A DNA stretch of 64,000 nucleotides from a virus. Taxonomy: Duplodnaviria; Caudoviricetes. The stretch lies in IMG/VR virus record IMGVR_UViG_3300044709_000179, positions 54,072-118,071 of that record. One strand, written 5' to 3'. The position numbers and the translations under genes are program-made. Position 1 is the first letter of the stretch. Every line of letters starts with the position of its first letter. The notes under the pieces were generated by a model that was not told where the DNA came from, made no database searches, and saw only the letters and a program-made list of their open reading frames with translations. Shown here piece by piece: positions 18,470 to 28,100 of the stretch.

Positions 18470-18918
18470 GGTTCAGACCCCCCGGCCTGCGGAAACGTCG
18501 TTCAACTCGGTCAGCAACCACGGCAGGAGATCGGCGTCCCAGACCTCGGCGAAGACCGCCAGTTGCGCCGGGGTGGGGTGGGTCAGGCGGAGGACCTCGA
18601 CGGTGCGGGTCCGGATGGCATCGGCGAGGGTGGACCGCACCCCAGATGCCTCGCCCGCCCGCTCAGCGCCACGCTGGACGTCTAGCACCCCCGGGTCGGT
18701 GGAATCGGACGCCAACGGTTCCGGGAGGCTCTCAGGGCGTTTTGGCCAGGCGCACGGCAGCGGCTCCGGCTTCTCGCCCGGCTTGACCGGCACGAGGTGC
18801 CCGTGCTGGCGCAGCAGGTGCCGGTAGGTCACGCCGTCGCCGCCCGACTGGCGCCAGAGCTCAAACGGGGTCAGCCTCGGTGGCAGGACGTCGGATGGCC
18901 CGTCGCCTCCTTGGCCAG

Positions 18919-19188
18919 TCACGCCGCACTCCGCAGTGCGCGCAACTGCTCCATGCGCGCCTCGTCAGCGGGCATGCCCCATACGACGTAGCCGGGTCGC
19001 TCCCGGGCGACCATGCCGACGCTGGCCGGTGGCACGCACGCCCCGTTGCGGCGGTGCCGGTCGAAGCCGCCGACCGCCGTGAAGGTGTTGTGGCACGCCC
19101 CGCAGTGCGCGGTGGAGGTGCCGGCCCAGCGGTTCGGGCACTTCCCGCAGGCGTGCGGTAGCTGCCGCTCGACGTCGGGGGTGGTCAT
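18919..19188 (-). CDS. Small Zn-binding protein (FDxHR type)
   Basis: CGKC...HCGACHNTF...FDRHR...C. Confidence 0.7.
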   Translation of the reverse strand: MTTPDVERQLPHACGKCPNRWAGTSTAHCGACHNTFTAVGGFDRHRRNGACVPPASVGMVARERPGYVVWGMPADEARMEQLRALRSAA

Positions 19189-19809
19189 CGCGCCTCCCTG
19201 TGGGCAGATGTGGGGTCGAGGAGGGTCCCGCGTCCGTTTTCACGCGGAAGCCCGGATCTTGGCTCCACGGCCGACGGTGAACCGCCGTTGGGGCCTTCCT
19301 GTCGCAGGGCGGCCCTGACGGCTCGCTCCCGCAGGTGGCTGAGGATCTTCCGCTCGTCGTCGGTGGCTTCACGCGCCGCTGCGTGGTGCGGCTCCTCGCT
19401 CCGCCCCCACGTGCACGCCCCATGACCGTCGCAGGCCGCGTCGTGCTCACGGTTCTGTTCGACGGTCAGATGTCCGCCGTGGCCGGCACGCCAGTAGCCG
19501 ACCTTCATCTCGTCGCTCACCGCGCCACCTCCGCCATCCGCTTCCGCAGGCTGGTCAGCGCCTGCCGCTCCGTCTCGGCGGTCGGATCCGCCTCACGCTG
19601 CGCCCATCCGCCGTGGGCTTCGATGCTGGCCTCGACCCTGCGCCAGTCGGCGGACTTGCGGATGACGCAGGCGGCGGTGTCGAAGGTGCCGAGCCAACGG
19701 AAGCCACGCCTGTCGGTAGGGTCGTTGACGGTGACGTTGAGCCAGCCGGATGGAAACGGGACATCGGCGAGTGCGGCACAGTGGCCGCAGTGAGGGACGT
19801 TCGCGCGGG

Positions 19810-20148
19810 TCATGCGGCAGCCCTCACGCTGTCACGCGCCACCTTGACCGGCACGCGGCACGCCGTCACGGTCACCTTCAACTGCGGCTGGTCCTTCCAC
19901 ATGCCGACGCCGCCAGTGCCCTTGATCTCGACCTCGTCACCTTTGGCGAAGCCAGCGAGGGCGGGAGCTACGTCCTTGAACGCGATGATCGAGGCGACCA
20001 CGCCGTCACCTTCGGTCCAGCCGTCGTCGCCCTTACGCCACGTCTGGAATTTGAGGACGGCGCTGCACCATGGCGAGCCGTCCTGGCTCGCGCCTTGCTT
20101 CGGGTCGGTCAGTAGCTTGCCGGTGCCGTGGAGGGTGGGGAGGCTCAC
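19810..20148 (-). CDS. ssb: Single-stranded DNA-binding protein (OB fold, no acidic tail)
   Basis: G.L.TDP...W...A..LA.FAKGDEVEIKG; located next to DnaB. Confidence 0.75.
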   Translation of the reverse strand: MSLPTLHGTGKLLTDPKQGASQDGSPWCSAVLKFQTWRKGDDGWTEGDGVVASIIAFKDVAPALAGFAKGDEVEIKGTGGVGMWKDQPQLKVTVTACRVPVKVARDSVRAAA

Positions 20149-20440
20149 AGGTAGTCCTTTCGGGGGTCAACGACATGGAGGCCACGTGCGGGGGTTGGCC
20201 AGTCGCACTCGACGGTTGGGTTGGGGAACGCCTTGCATGGGCGGGCGCGCAACGCTTCGGCGCGTGATTTAGGGGCGAGGTCGCCGAGGATGCGCTCCCA
20301 AGTCGGCTCGTCCACGAAGCAGGCGACCTCGCGCCACGTGGTGATGGGCTTGGCTGCTCGACCGGCGGCCAACGAGCGCTCCATAACGCGGGCGGCCTGC
20401 GCGTCGTTCTCGGCTGCCCATCGCTCGTACTGCTCGCTGG

Positions 20441-21823
20441 TCATGCGGCTACCGACCTGCTGGGGGTCCAGGCGTCCGCCATGGACACGAACCGGGTCAG
20501 GTGAAACTGGGCCCCAAGAGTGACGCAGTCCTTGACGCCACCGCGGTTCTTCTCGATGAGGAAGTCGGCCTCTCCCGCACGGGGGGACTCCTTGTCGTAG
20601 TAGTCCTCACGGTGGATGAGGATCACCACGTCGGAGGAGTTCTCGATCTCGCCGGACTCGCGTAGGTCGCTGAGGGCGGGCCGCTTGTCGGGGCGCTGCC
20701 CCGGCCCCCGGTTGATCTGCGCCGCAGTGAGGACCAGCAGCCGCTCGTTGAGCGCGAGCTCCTTCATGCGCTGAACAATCGACGACACGTCGAGCTGGCG
20801 GTTCTCCTTCTTGCCGTCGGGCTTGACGATCTGCAGGTAGTCGATGATGACGGTGTGGATGGCACCGTACCGGTGTTGGTGCTGACGGATGGTGTTGATG
20901 ATCTGCGTCATGGACTTGACGCCCTCGACGATCCACAGTGGCGACGCCTCGAAGCGTTGGCGGGCGTTGTCGACGCGCACGAGCTCATCGGGGCTGAGTT
21001 CCCGCCCCTTGACCAGGTGCTCCGGAATGCCGGTGAGCGCCGACAGGATGCGGTACAGCACATGCTCGGCGCTCATCTCCAGCGTGAACATGATGGTGGG
21101 AATCTGCCGGTCCACGCCGAAATGCCGAGCGCAGTCGGTGACCGCGATGGACTTGCCCATGCCGGTCGCGCCACCAAAGGCGACGACCTGACCGCGCTCA
21201 AAGCCGCCAGCCGGCAGGAGACGGTTCACGTCCACCCATGGCGTCGGAATGCCCGCGTCCTGGCCGTAGTCGAAGTAGGTGGTGATGTAGTCGGCAGCGA
21301 GTTCGCCGATGTGCCGCACGCCCGTATCTGGGTTCACGACCCTGTTGGCCGCGGCGACGACAGTCTCCGCGAGTGCGGCGACCTGTCCGAGTTCCATGCC
21401 GGGGGTCTTGAGCGCGTTGCCGAGTCGATTGGCCTGGACGTCAACCGTCCGCCAGGTGTGGCGTTCGGCAAGCAGTCTCGCCCAGTAGGCACCCTGTGCG
21501 GCTACTGCCTGCTGGTAGAGGTCGAAGACGTAGGCACTGTGGGGGAGTCGACCGATGAGTCCGTTGCGGATGAGCCGCTCCGTGATCGCGGTCGGATGCA
21601 CCGGCTGGTTGCCGTCGGCCGCGTCACAGATGACAGTCCAGATCTCACCGTGGCGAGGGTCCGCGAACGACGCTGCTTCGATGAGCACGCGCATGCCGGG
21701 TATCTCGCCGGGGGATTCCATGGCGGTGCCAAGGACGTGCCGCTCGATGCCGACCCCGTTGTCGTCAGCGACGGGATTGCCGGGGGCGGGCACGGCGGCA
21801 AGGTGTCGGGCTGCGTCAGGCAC
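20441..21823 (-). CDS. dnaB: DnaB-like replicative helicase
   Basis: GGATGMGKS, FTLEM, IDYLQ, AQINR, SDLRESGEIE and KNRGG motifs. Confidence 0.95.
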   Translation of the reverse strand: MPDAARHLAAVPAPGNPVADDNGVGIERHVLGTAMESPGEIPGMRVLIEAASFADPRHGEIWTVICDAADGNQPVHPTAITERLIRNGLIGRLPHSAYVFDLYQQAVAAQGAYWARLLAERHTWRTVDVQANRLGNALKTPGMELGQVAALAETVVAAANRVVNPDTGVRHIGELAADYITTYFDYGQDAGIPTPWVDVNRLLPAGGFERGQVVAFGGATGMGKSIAVTDCARHFGVDRQIPTIMFTLEMSAEHVLYRILSALTGIPEHLVKGRELSPDELVRVDNARQRFEASPLWIVEGVKSMTQIINTIRQHQHRYGAIHTVIIDYLQIVKPDGKKENRQLDVSSIVQRMKELALNERLLVLTAAQINRGPGQRPDKRPALSDLRESGEIENSSDVVILIHREDYYDKESPRAGEADFLIEKNRGGVKDCVTLGAQFHLTRFVSMADAWTPSRSVAA

Positions 21824-23069
21824 TGGCTTGGTCGCTTTCGTTCCGGAGGTGGGTGACGAGGTCGGTTCCGGCGCAGGCGGCTGAGGCCGCGAGCGTTTCG
21901 ATCTGCCGGAGGGTGGCGCCGCGCTTCTGAAGTTCGTCGCGCTGACGGGCGATGGTGGCCATGCGTTCGAGACTCGGCTCACCGTGGGCAGCGCGGTGAA
22001 GGCTGCGGTAGGTCTCGACAGGGTCCGGGAGGTTGGTCGGCGGTGGCGGCGCTCCGGTACGACAGAGGGGGCACAAGGCCTGACCGGTGCGGGGGTGCTC
22101 TCGATCCCCGCCGGGTTCACCGTGCTGGCAGCGCGGACCCTTCCGCAGGCGCGTAATAGCCTCGACGGTTGCGGCCTTGGCTGCGGTCCGCACCTCGACA
22201 AGTTGGGTGCGCCACGGGATGCCGCCGTCGGCCGCGATCATCTCGTAGAGGCGAGTGCCTCGCGGCTTGGACGCGGCGATGAACGCCCGCTGGACGGCCC
22301 GCGCCTCCTCCTCGGTGATCTGTTCGTCGGCGAGGGTGTCGGCGATGAGGCGCAGCGAGGCGGGCAGCGTTGATGTTGATTGCGCGACTAACTGCTCTTC
22401 TGGTTGGTCGCTTGTAGATGGTCTATTGGTAGGGGGGTCCACTGGACCCTGTTTAACGGTTCCATTGGACCCTGTTTGAACGTCGTCGCGGGGTCCACTG
22501 GACCCTGTTTGGGATTCCCATACCGGGTCCACCGGACCCTCTTTGGCGGGGCATACAGGGTCCACTGGACCCTCGTTGAGTTCCGTCCATACCGGGTCCA
22601 GTGGACCCTGTATGAGCGCCTCGCCGGGCGCCTCCGACACGATCGGCTGGGCACCGTCATCGATGCCTCGCCGATCCGTCGGCCCCCTGCGGAGATCTTC
22701 TGGCGTAAGGATCGTCACAGGCTGCCAGCCACTTACCGGCAGTGTCAGTCGGTACACGTCCCCGCTGCCGTACCGCCGAGCGCCACCCTGGACTCGCTCC
22801 AGAAAGCCGTGTTCAATCAGTGCCGCCTTGACGGTCCGCACGTTCTTGATTGCGGACTCGGCGAGGGTCGCTACGGTCGTCTCGCTCGGTCGAACATCGG
22901 CCCCGTCGGGTCCGGCATGGCTGGCGTAGGCCCACGCGATAGCGCGAATGACGGCGCCGGAAACGCCGCCGCGGGTCCCCCTGCCGTTGCCCTTGATGAT
23001 CCCCGTCCAGCGCGCGCGCAGCACCGCCTGCTCCCACTCGAAGCGGCCAGCGGGCCGGCGCCCGGTCAT
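21816..23069 (-). CDS. Replication initiator (N-terminal wHTH) with internal iterons
   Basis: RPSETTVA...GFLERV...YRL wHTH; lies directly upstream of dnaB and contains the repeat array. Confidence 0.75.
   Translation of the reverse strand: MTGRRPAGRFEWEQAVLRARWTGIIKGNGRGTRGGVSGAVIRAIAWAYASHAGPDGADVRPSETTVATLAESAIKNVRTVKAALIEHGFLERVQGGARRYGSGDVYRLTLPVSGWQPVTILTPEDLRRGPTDRRGIDDGAQPIVSEAPGEALIQGPLDPVWTELNEGPVDPVCPAKEGPVDPVWESQTGSSGPRDDVQTGSNGTVKQGPVDPPTNRPSTSDQPEEQLVAQSTSTLPASLRLIADTLADEQITEEEARAVQRAFIAASKPRGTRLYEMIAADGGIPWRTQLVEVRTAAKAATVEAITRLRKGPRCQHGEPGGDREHPRTGQALCPLCRTGAPPPPTNLPDPVETYRSLHRAAHGEPSLERMATIARQRDELQKRGATLRQIETLAASAACAGTDLVTHLRNESDQASA
22435..22608. repeat. Six palindromic iterons GGGTCCANTGGACCC (putative origin)
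   Basis: Copies start at 22435, 22458, 22491, 22525, 22558 and 22594; two carry one mismatch. Confidence 0.85.
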
Positions 23070-23650
23070 CGCGTGACCTTCTTGTTCAGGTAGGGCCGGT
23101 GTTCGGCGAGCAGCTCCTCTTCGAGGGCAAACGCGGCCTCGCGGTCCTCGCACCCGTAGGCGATCCACCACGCCAAGGCGTCCGGCTTTTGGCGACGGTG
23201 GGCATTGAACCGGGTCCAGAACGCCGCCGTGCTGCCCGTGTAGGCAGGTACCCATTGGCCGTCGAAAATGACGTAAGCCACGGGCGTGCCGGGCCCAGGG
23301 ATGCGGTCATCTCGCTCGATCGGAAAGGCTCCGTGCCACGATCCATGTGGACCGTTTGGCGCGTGGCGAATTTCCATGGCTACGGCGTGACGGATTCGCT
23401 TGGAGGGGATGCTGACGTGCTCGTCCCACACCTTCGTGAAGCCGGGGCCGTGAAGCTCCTTGACCTCGTCGAATATGGCCAGCAGGTCACCGATGCCGAT
23501 GACGCCGGTGCGATACATCCGGCCGATTGTGACCGCGAGTTGCTCCCACGACTCGTGACGCACCTCGGCCAGGCGTGCGATTCGGTCCTGGACGACCTCG
23601 ATATGGCGGGCCGTAGCGGCGAGGTCCGGCCAGCACCACAGGGCGGTCAT
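23066..23650 (-). CDS. GIY-YIG domain protein
   Basis: AYVIFD...YTGST..F.TR..AH...E.ELL.EHRPYLN. Confidence 0.7.
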   Translation of the reverse strand: MTALWCWPDLAATARHIEVVQDRIARLAEVRHESWEQLAVTIGRMYRTGVIGIGDLLAIFDEVKELHGPGFTKVWDEHVSIPSKRIRHAVAMEIRHAPNGPHGSWHGAFPIERDDRIPGPGTPVAYVIFDGQWVPAYTGSTAAFWTRFNAHRRQKPDALAWWIAYGCEDREAAFALEEELLAEHRPYLNKKVTR

Positions 23651-23892
23651 TCCGCATCGCCCGCTTCGGCCTTCATTCGCCGCCGCAGGTTGGCGATAGC
23701 CGCCTCGGTTCGCCCAAGGTGCCGCGCGATGTCCGCGACCTTCAGGTCGCGCCGGAGAGCCATCGCGACTTCGTCTGGCCACCAGGGCTCGCGGTTGTGG
23801 TCGTCGACTCCGCCGTAGCGTCGCTGGTATGGGGGCATCCAGATGACGTCGGCAAGATGTTCGTGGTGATCGTGGTTGATTTCTGCAACCAT
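23647..23892 (-). CDS. Small HTH protein
   Basis: PWWPDEV...VADIARHLGRTEAAIANLR. Confidence 0.65.
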   Translation of the reverse strand: MVAEINHDHHEHLADVIWMPPYQRRYGGVDDHNREPWWPDEVAMALRRDLKVADIARHLGRTEAAIANLRRRMKAEAGDAE

Positions 23893-23970
23893 GAGAGGGG
23901 CTCCTGTCCGAGCCTTCTTGGGGACCCGGCCTAGTCGAGGGGGCCGGGTTCTTCCCGTGTCGGGCAAGGA

Positions 23971-24309
23971 CTAGGCGGCGACCAGCGCGGTCAACTGCCG
24001 GAACTGGGCGCGGCGCGCGGCGAGGTCGTCACGGCGGGTCTGAATGATCCGCTCGGTGAGTGCCGCGAACTGCTGCTCGCGGTTCTCGATGTCAATCAGC
24101 AGGCGCGCGGCAGCACGGCGCTCACGGGGATGGAGCAGCCCGTCGGGGTCAATGGCCTGTTCCTTTTCGCGAAGGCGGCGCAGTCCCTCGCGGGCCGGCG
24201 CGATGTGCGCCGCGCGCGCGGCCTCGTCGGCACCGTCAAGACGCTTGCGGATGCCGGCGGCGCCGGCTTCGGAGAGGCGCTGGCGCTTGGCCTCGGCAGT
24301 CTCGGTCAC
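23971..24309 (-). CDS. Hypothetical helical protein
   Basis: GTG start with RBS; motifs AAHIAPAR and IDPDG.L...ER. Confidence 0.55.
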   Translation of the reverse strand: MTETAEAKRQRLSEAGAAGIRKRLDGADEAARAAHIAPAREGLRRLREKEQAIDPDGLLHPRERRAAARLLIDIENREQQFAALTERIIQTRRDDLAARRAQFRQLTALVAA

Positions 24310-24651
24310 GATCGGGTCCCTTCGGGGTCCCCGCCACGCGCCTCGATCATCTGGTGCGGCCCGGCTGCTTGATGCTGGCCGGCTGTACACCTAGGCTGGT
24401 GTCGACGCATGGCGAAGCTGTGTCGTCGGTACCGGCGGGGCGCCGTATTTCACTTTGGCGAGTGGGCGCTCCGCCGGTTTCTTACTAGAAGCCAGACTAA
24501 TGCTTCGGTGTCACTCTGCGCTACTCGATGTGGCCGAGATTCGACGTGTCTTTTTCGCGTCCGCGCGAATCGCCCGAACTTGGGCCTGCCGGACCTACGT
24601 TCCGCCTGGCATAACGGGTTGAGCCCATCCACACGCGGACGGCGGCGACCC

Positions 24652-24689
24652 AAAAAAGGGCCGACTTGGATCGACCAACGCCTAGCCCT
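24652..24689 (-). terminator. Intrinsic terminator between the que cluster operon and the replication genes
   Basis: Minus strand reads AGGGCTAGGCGTTGG-tcgat-CCAAGTCGGCCCT followed by a T-run. Confidence 0.6.
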
Positions 24690-24831
24690 GTCGATTACTT
24701 AGCGTGAGATCGGCACGAACCCCGGCGTGCTTTACGCTGCCCGCCTCTGCAATCTGACGCACTCCCTGCGATCGTAGATAAACGTTGCGATCAGGATTGT
24801 TTACAGTAGGCCTTGCGCAAGCGGTCCATGG

Positions 24832-25026
24832 TCACCCGGCGTTACCGCCACCAACCCCCTCCCTCGCCGTCCAGACCACCCACTGCCCGCACCCACCGCA
24901 CCGCGACTGCACGTGCGTTCGCGCCTTCTCCGCCATCCACGCGCTGCGCGCCGCGTACCCGTCGGGCATGTCGGCGTGCACGGCGACGTTCGGACACGGC
25001 TGCGGCTGGAACCGGTCGGCGGTCAC
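24832..25026 (-). CDS. Small Cys/His Zn-binding protein
   Basis: PCPN..H...CGGCG.W; paralogue of the ORF at 63805. Confidence 0.55.
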   Translation of the reverse strand: MTADRFQPQPCPNVAVHADMPDGYAARSAWMAEKARTHVQSRCGGCGQWVVWTAREGVGGGNAG

Positions 25027-25457
25027 GGCTGCACCTCGGCCGGCTTCAGCCACCGCTCGAACATGCCCCAGATGACGGTCGCCCCAACGGCCTTGTCGCC
25101 GCGCCGCGCGTCCCGCCGTTCACACTCCTCCGGCGGCACGCCGGCCAGATCCACCACCTCGACGGTCGCGCCGACCAGTTCGGCGACTCCCCGCAGGCCG
25201 TTCATGGCCCGGTCGGACAGGTTCGTGTCGTCACACACCACGTCCCAGCCCGATTCCAGCAGCGCCGCCACCGCCGTGTGCTGTGCCGTGGTTACCGCCG
25301 ACTCGTGCCGGTCGACGCCGGTCCAGCCACCGAACATCATGGCCCGCAGGCCATCGCGATTGACCCGCGTCCGCTTGCCGGAGTCTTCGGCGACCCAAGC
25401 GCGGGCCCACGTGGTTTTGCCACTAGCCGGAAGCCCGCGGGTAAGTACGAGTTTCAC
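25023..25457 (-). CDS. P-loop kinase (AAA_33/polynucleotide-kinase kinase domain only)
   Basis: RGLPASGKTTWA, VNRD, DDTNL and C.RRD..R motifs. Confidence 0.85.
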   Translation of the reverse strand: MKLVLTRGLPASGKTTWARAWVAEDSGKRTRVNRDGLRAMMFGGWTGVDRHESAVTTAQHTAVAALLESGWDVVCDDTNLSDRAMNGLRGVAELVGATVEVVDLAGVPPEECERRDARRGDKAVGATVIWGMFERWLKPAEVQP

Positions 25458-25696
25458 GTTGCCCCTCCTCGAACGCTCGCCGCCGGCCGGGTGAACTGCC
25501 GCAGCGATGCCTGCAACCAGACCAGCAGTGAGCACAGCGCGTCGACGTCCGGCCGCTGTCCGTCGGCGAGTCGCGTGAAGGTGGACGGTGATAGTCCGGT
25601 TTCAGCGGCCACCTGCCTCCACGACAGCCCGTCCTCGCCGCGCTGCTGGTCGAGGGCGGCGTAGAGCGCGGCGACGTTGAGGACGTGGCGGGCCAT
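25454..25696 (-). CDS. XRE-family HTH protein
   Basis: LSWRQVAAETGLSPSTFTRL..GQRPDVD. Confidence 0.85.
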   Translation of the reverse strand: MARHVLNVAALYAALDQQRGEDGLSWRQVAAETGLSPSTFTRLADGQRPDVDALCSLLVWLQASLRQFTRPAASVRGGAT

Positions 25697-26445
25697 CAGG
25701 CGGCGCCGCCGAATACGTCCAGGTCGTACAGGTCCAACTGGCGACCGTCCACAGACCGAGGTTGGTTCTCCAGCGCCCGGCGACGAGCACTCACGACAGC
25801 CTCACTGATCTGCCGTGTCGAAGCGGTAGCCAGCCAGTCGGCCAGATAGCCGACCTGGATCCGGTCCAGCCACCCCAGCACCTTCGGCAGGTTGACGTCA
25901 GGCCCAAACACCAGATAGGTGCCATCCACCGAGTCGCAGCCGATCAGGCGGGCGTACCAGAACCGGTTCCACGAGTTGACCCGCCCCATGTGTGTCCACT
26001 TGCCCCGACGGTTGGCTTCGGCGACCAACTCCGCGGCCGGTTCGCCCAATTTCCAGGCCGTGTCGCCCCCGACGAACAGGGCGTCGAAGTCGCTCCACGG
26101 CACTGTCAGATCTTCGAGCCCATTCTGCGCGACAAACGCCACCCGGTAGCCGAGGCTGCGAATCTTGTCGAAGAACGGCGTTGAGCGGGCTAGGGTGGCC
26201 ACGGCGTCGCCGAGGACGTCAGGGGCTGTCGCAAACACGCAGTACTCCAGATAGGAGCGCCGCCTGAGCCAGTCCAGGAAGCCACTGTCGCCGGGGTACC
26301 CCTTGCCGAAGCATCCATTGTCGACGCAGTGCGTGACCCCGCCAGGGATGAGGTTGCCCTGCGCCGGAGTGTCGATGGCGCCGAGCCGACCGGCCAACAT
26401 GGCGCTAGTCACGGGCCCCGTGCTCGGATTCGCGAAGTACCACAT
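25696..26445 (-). CDS. DpdA/TGT-like deazaguanine transglycosylase candidate
   Basis: TIM-barrel-like motifs DNGCF, APDVLGD, VAQNG, FVGG, HMGRVN and DSVDGT; overlaps queD. Confidence 0.65.
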   Translation of the reverse strand: MWYFANPSTGPVTSAMLAGRLGAIDTPAQGNLIPGGVTHCVDNGCFGKGYPGDSGFLDWLRRRSYLEYCVFATAPDVLGDAVATLARSTPFFDKIRSLGYRVAFVAQNGLEDLTVPWSDFDALFVGGDTAWKLGEPAAELVAEANRRGKWTHMGRVNSWNRFWYARLIGCDSVDGTYLVFGPDVNLPKVLGWLDRIQVGYLADWLATASTRQISEAVVSARRRALENQPRSVDGRQLDLYDLDVFGGAA

Positions 26446-26803
26446 CGTCGTCACCGCCCCGGTAGGTGACACCCGACGTGCACGTCTCCCGAACGGTCAC
26501 CGCCGCCAGCGGCAACGCTCCGGCGAGCCGTTCCCAGATCCAGCGGGCGACGTTCTCGCTGGTTGGGTTTTCCAGGCCCGCCACCTCGTTGAGGAACCGG
26601 TGGTCGAGGGCGTCGGCGACCGGCGCAAACGCCACCTTGACCTCAGCGAAATCCATGACCCAGCCGCGTTCCGGGTCCACCTCGCCGCGGATGCGCACCT
26701 CGGCGCGGTAGGAGTGCCCATGCAGTCGCCCGCACTTGTGCGGCGTTGGCACGTTGGGTAGGTAGTGGGCAGCTTCGAACGTGAACTCTTTGAAGATCTC
26801 CAT
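26405..26803 (-). CDS. queD: 6-carboxytetrahydropterin synthase
   Basis: FEAAH.LP, C.RLHGHSY, DF, LDH.FLN, NPTSEN and V.ET motifs. Confidence 0.95.
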   Translation of the reverse strand: MEIFKEFTFEAAHYLPNVPTPHKCGRLHGHSYRAEVRIRGEVDPERGWVMDFAEVKVAFAPVADALDHRFLNEVAGLENPTSENVARWIWERLAGALPLAAVTVRETCTSGVTYRGGDDDVVLRESEHGARD

Positions 26804-27441
26804 CAGCGCACTCCGATGAGTTTGTGGGTCTGAATGCTGAGCGACCACTGCGGGTGCGCAAGGCAGTAGTCGATGGCGGCCCGCGTGTTGGCGGTCGCGT
26901 CGGGGCCGTCCATCGGTTGCAGCCGGAACGACGCGAAGTCGAGGTGGGCATACCGCTCGGGCTCGGCGCCAACCTGCGGGTAGACGAGCTTCAGTTCGTC
27001 GCCTGCCGCGACAATAAGGTCCGTCCCGGCTTTCGGACTCACGCACACCCAGTCAATGCCGAGTGGCAGCGGCAGGATGCCGTTGGTCTCGATGGCCACC
27101 TCGAAGCCGCGTGCGGTCAGCGCCGCCATGGCGCCGTCGTCGAGTTGAAGCGCCGGCTCACCGCCGGTGCAAACGACGAACGGGCGCCCGCCGCCGGGCC
27201 AGCAAGAGGCAACCGCGTTGGCCAACTCCTCCGGCGTGGCGAACCGTCCGCCGTCCGGCCCAACGTCCACGAAGTCGGTATCGCACCACAGGGAGCACGA
27301 CGGGCCGCGCTTGCGGTCCCGCTCGTGGCCGGTCCACAGGTTGCAGGAGGTGAACCGGCAGAAGACGGCGGGACGTCCGGCGTGGTGACCCTCGCCCTGC
27401 AAGGTGTAGAAGATTTCCTTGACGCGGTAGCGGGTTCTCAT
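26803..27441 (-). CDS. queE: 7-carboxy-7-deazaguanine synthase (minimal radical SAM)
   Basis: [14 protein letters not shown]...C..WCDTDF, TGGEP, ETNG, SPK and QTHK motifs. Confidence 0.95.
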   Translation of the reverse strand: MRTRYRVKEIFYTLQGEGHHAGRPAVFCRFTSCNLWTGHERDRKRGPSCSLWCDTDFVDVGPDGGRFATPEELANAVASCWPGGGRPFVVCTGGEPALQLDDGAMAALTARGFEVAIETNGILPLPLGIDWVCVSPKAGTDLIVAAGDELKLVYPQVGAEPERYAHLDFASFRLQPMDGPDATANTRAAIDYCLAHPQWSLSIQTHKLIGVR

Positions 27442-28100
27442 CGGGCTACCGCCGGATCGTCGATGCCGACAGCCGCGAAGCCGGCGGCGCGAGACCGGCA
27501 GGCGTCGCACCGCGCGCACGGCTTCTCGTCGATCGGGTCGTAGCAGGACCACGTGGCGGCGAAGTTCACGCCGAGGTCGAGTCCGAGTCGGATAACGGCC
27601 GCCTTGTCGAGGTTGATGAGCGGCGTGTGGATCTGGACCGGTTCGCGGGTGGCGAGGCCTGCCAGTCGCGCCCATGCGTCGAAGTAGGCGGGTCGGCAGT
27701 CGGGGTAGCCCTCGTGGTCCTCCTGGTTGGCACCGATGAAGATGTCGCGGGCACCGACGGTCTCCGCGAAGGCGAGGGCGTACGACAGGAAGATGGTGTT
27801 GCGGGCGGGGACGTAGGTGGCGGGAATTCCGGCGGTGGGCTCTGTCGGCACCGCGATGGCGGAATCCGTGAGCGCAGACCCGCCAAATGCGCGCAAGCCG
27901 ACGTCAACGTCGCGGTGACGACGCTCTACCCCCGCGCTCCGAGCAGTTCGGCAGGCTGCGGCGAGTTCGATGCCGTGGCGCTGGCCATAGCGGAACGATA
28001 GGGGGTGCACGGCGAAGCCCTCCGACTGGGCAATGGCGAGCGTGACGGCGGAGTCGAGGCCCCCACTGAGGAGCACGACTGCGGGATGTTGCTGACTCAT
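27438..28100 (-). CDS. queC: 7-cyano-7-deazaguanine synthase
   Basis: LSGGLDS, YGQRH, TYVPARN, YPDCR and TWSCY..C..C..C motifs. Confidence 0.96.
   Translation of the reverse strand: MSQQHPAVVLLSGGLDSAVTLAIAQSEGFAVHPLSFRYGQRHGIELAAACRTARSAGVERRHRDVDVGLRAFGGSALTDSAIAVPTEPTAGIPATYVPARNTIFLSYALAFAETVGARDIFIGANQEDHEGYPDCRPAYFDAWARLAGLATREPVQIHTPLINLDKAAVIRLGLDLGVNFAATWSCYDPIDEKPCARCDACRSRAAGFAAVGIDDPAVAR

Noticed and set aside
22435-22608. CRISPR-like array
   Set aside because: Repeats are 15 bp with 8-21 bp spacers inside an ORF, and no cas genes are present; iterons fit better.
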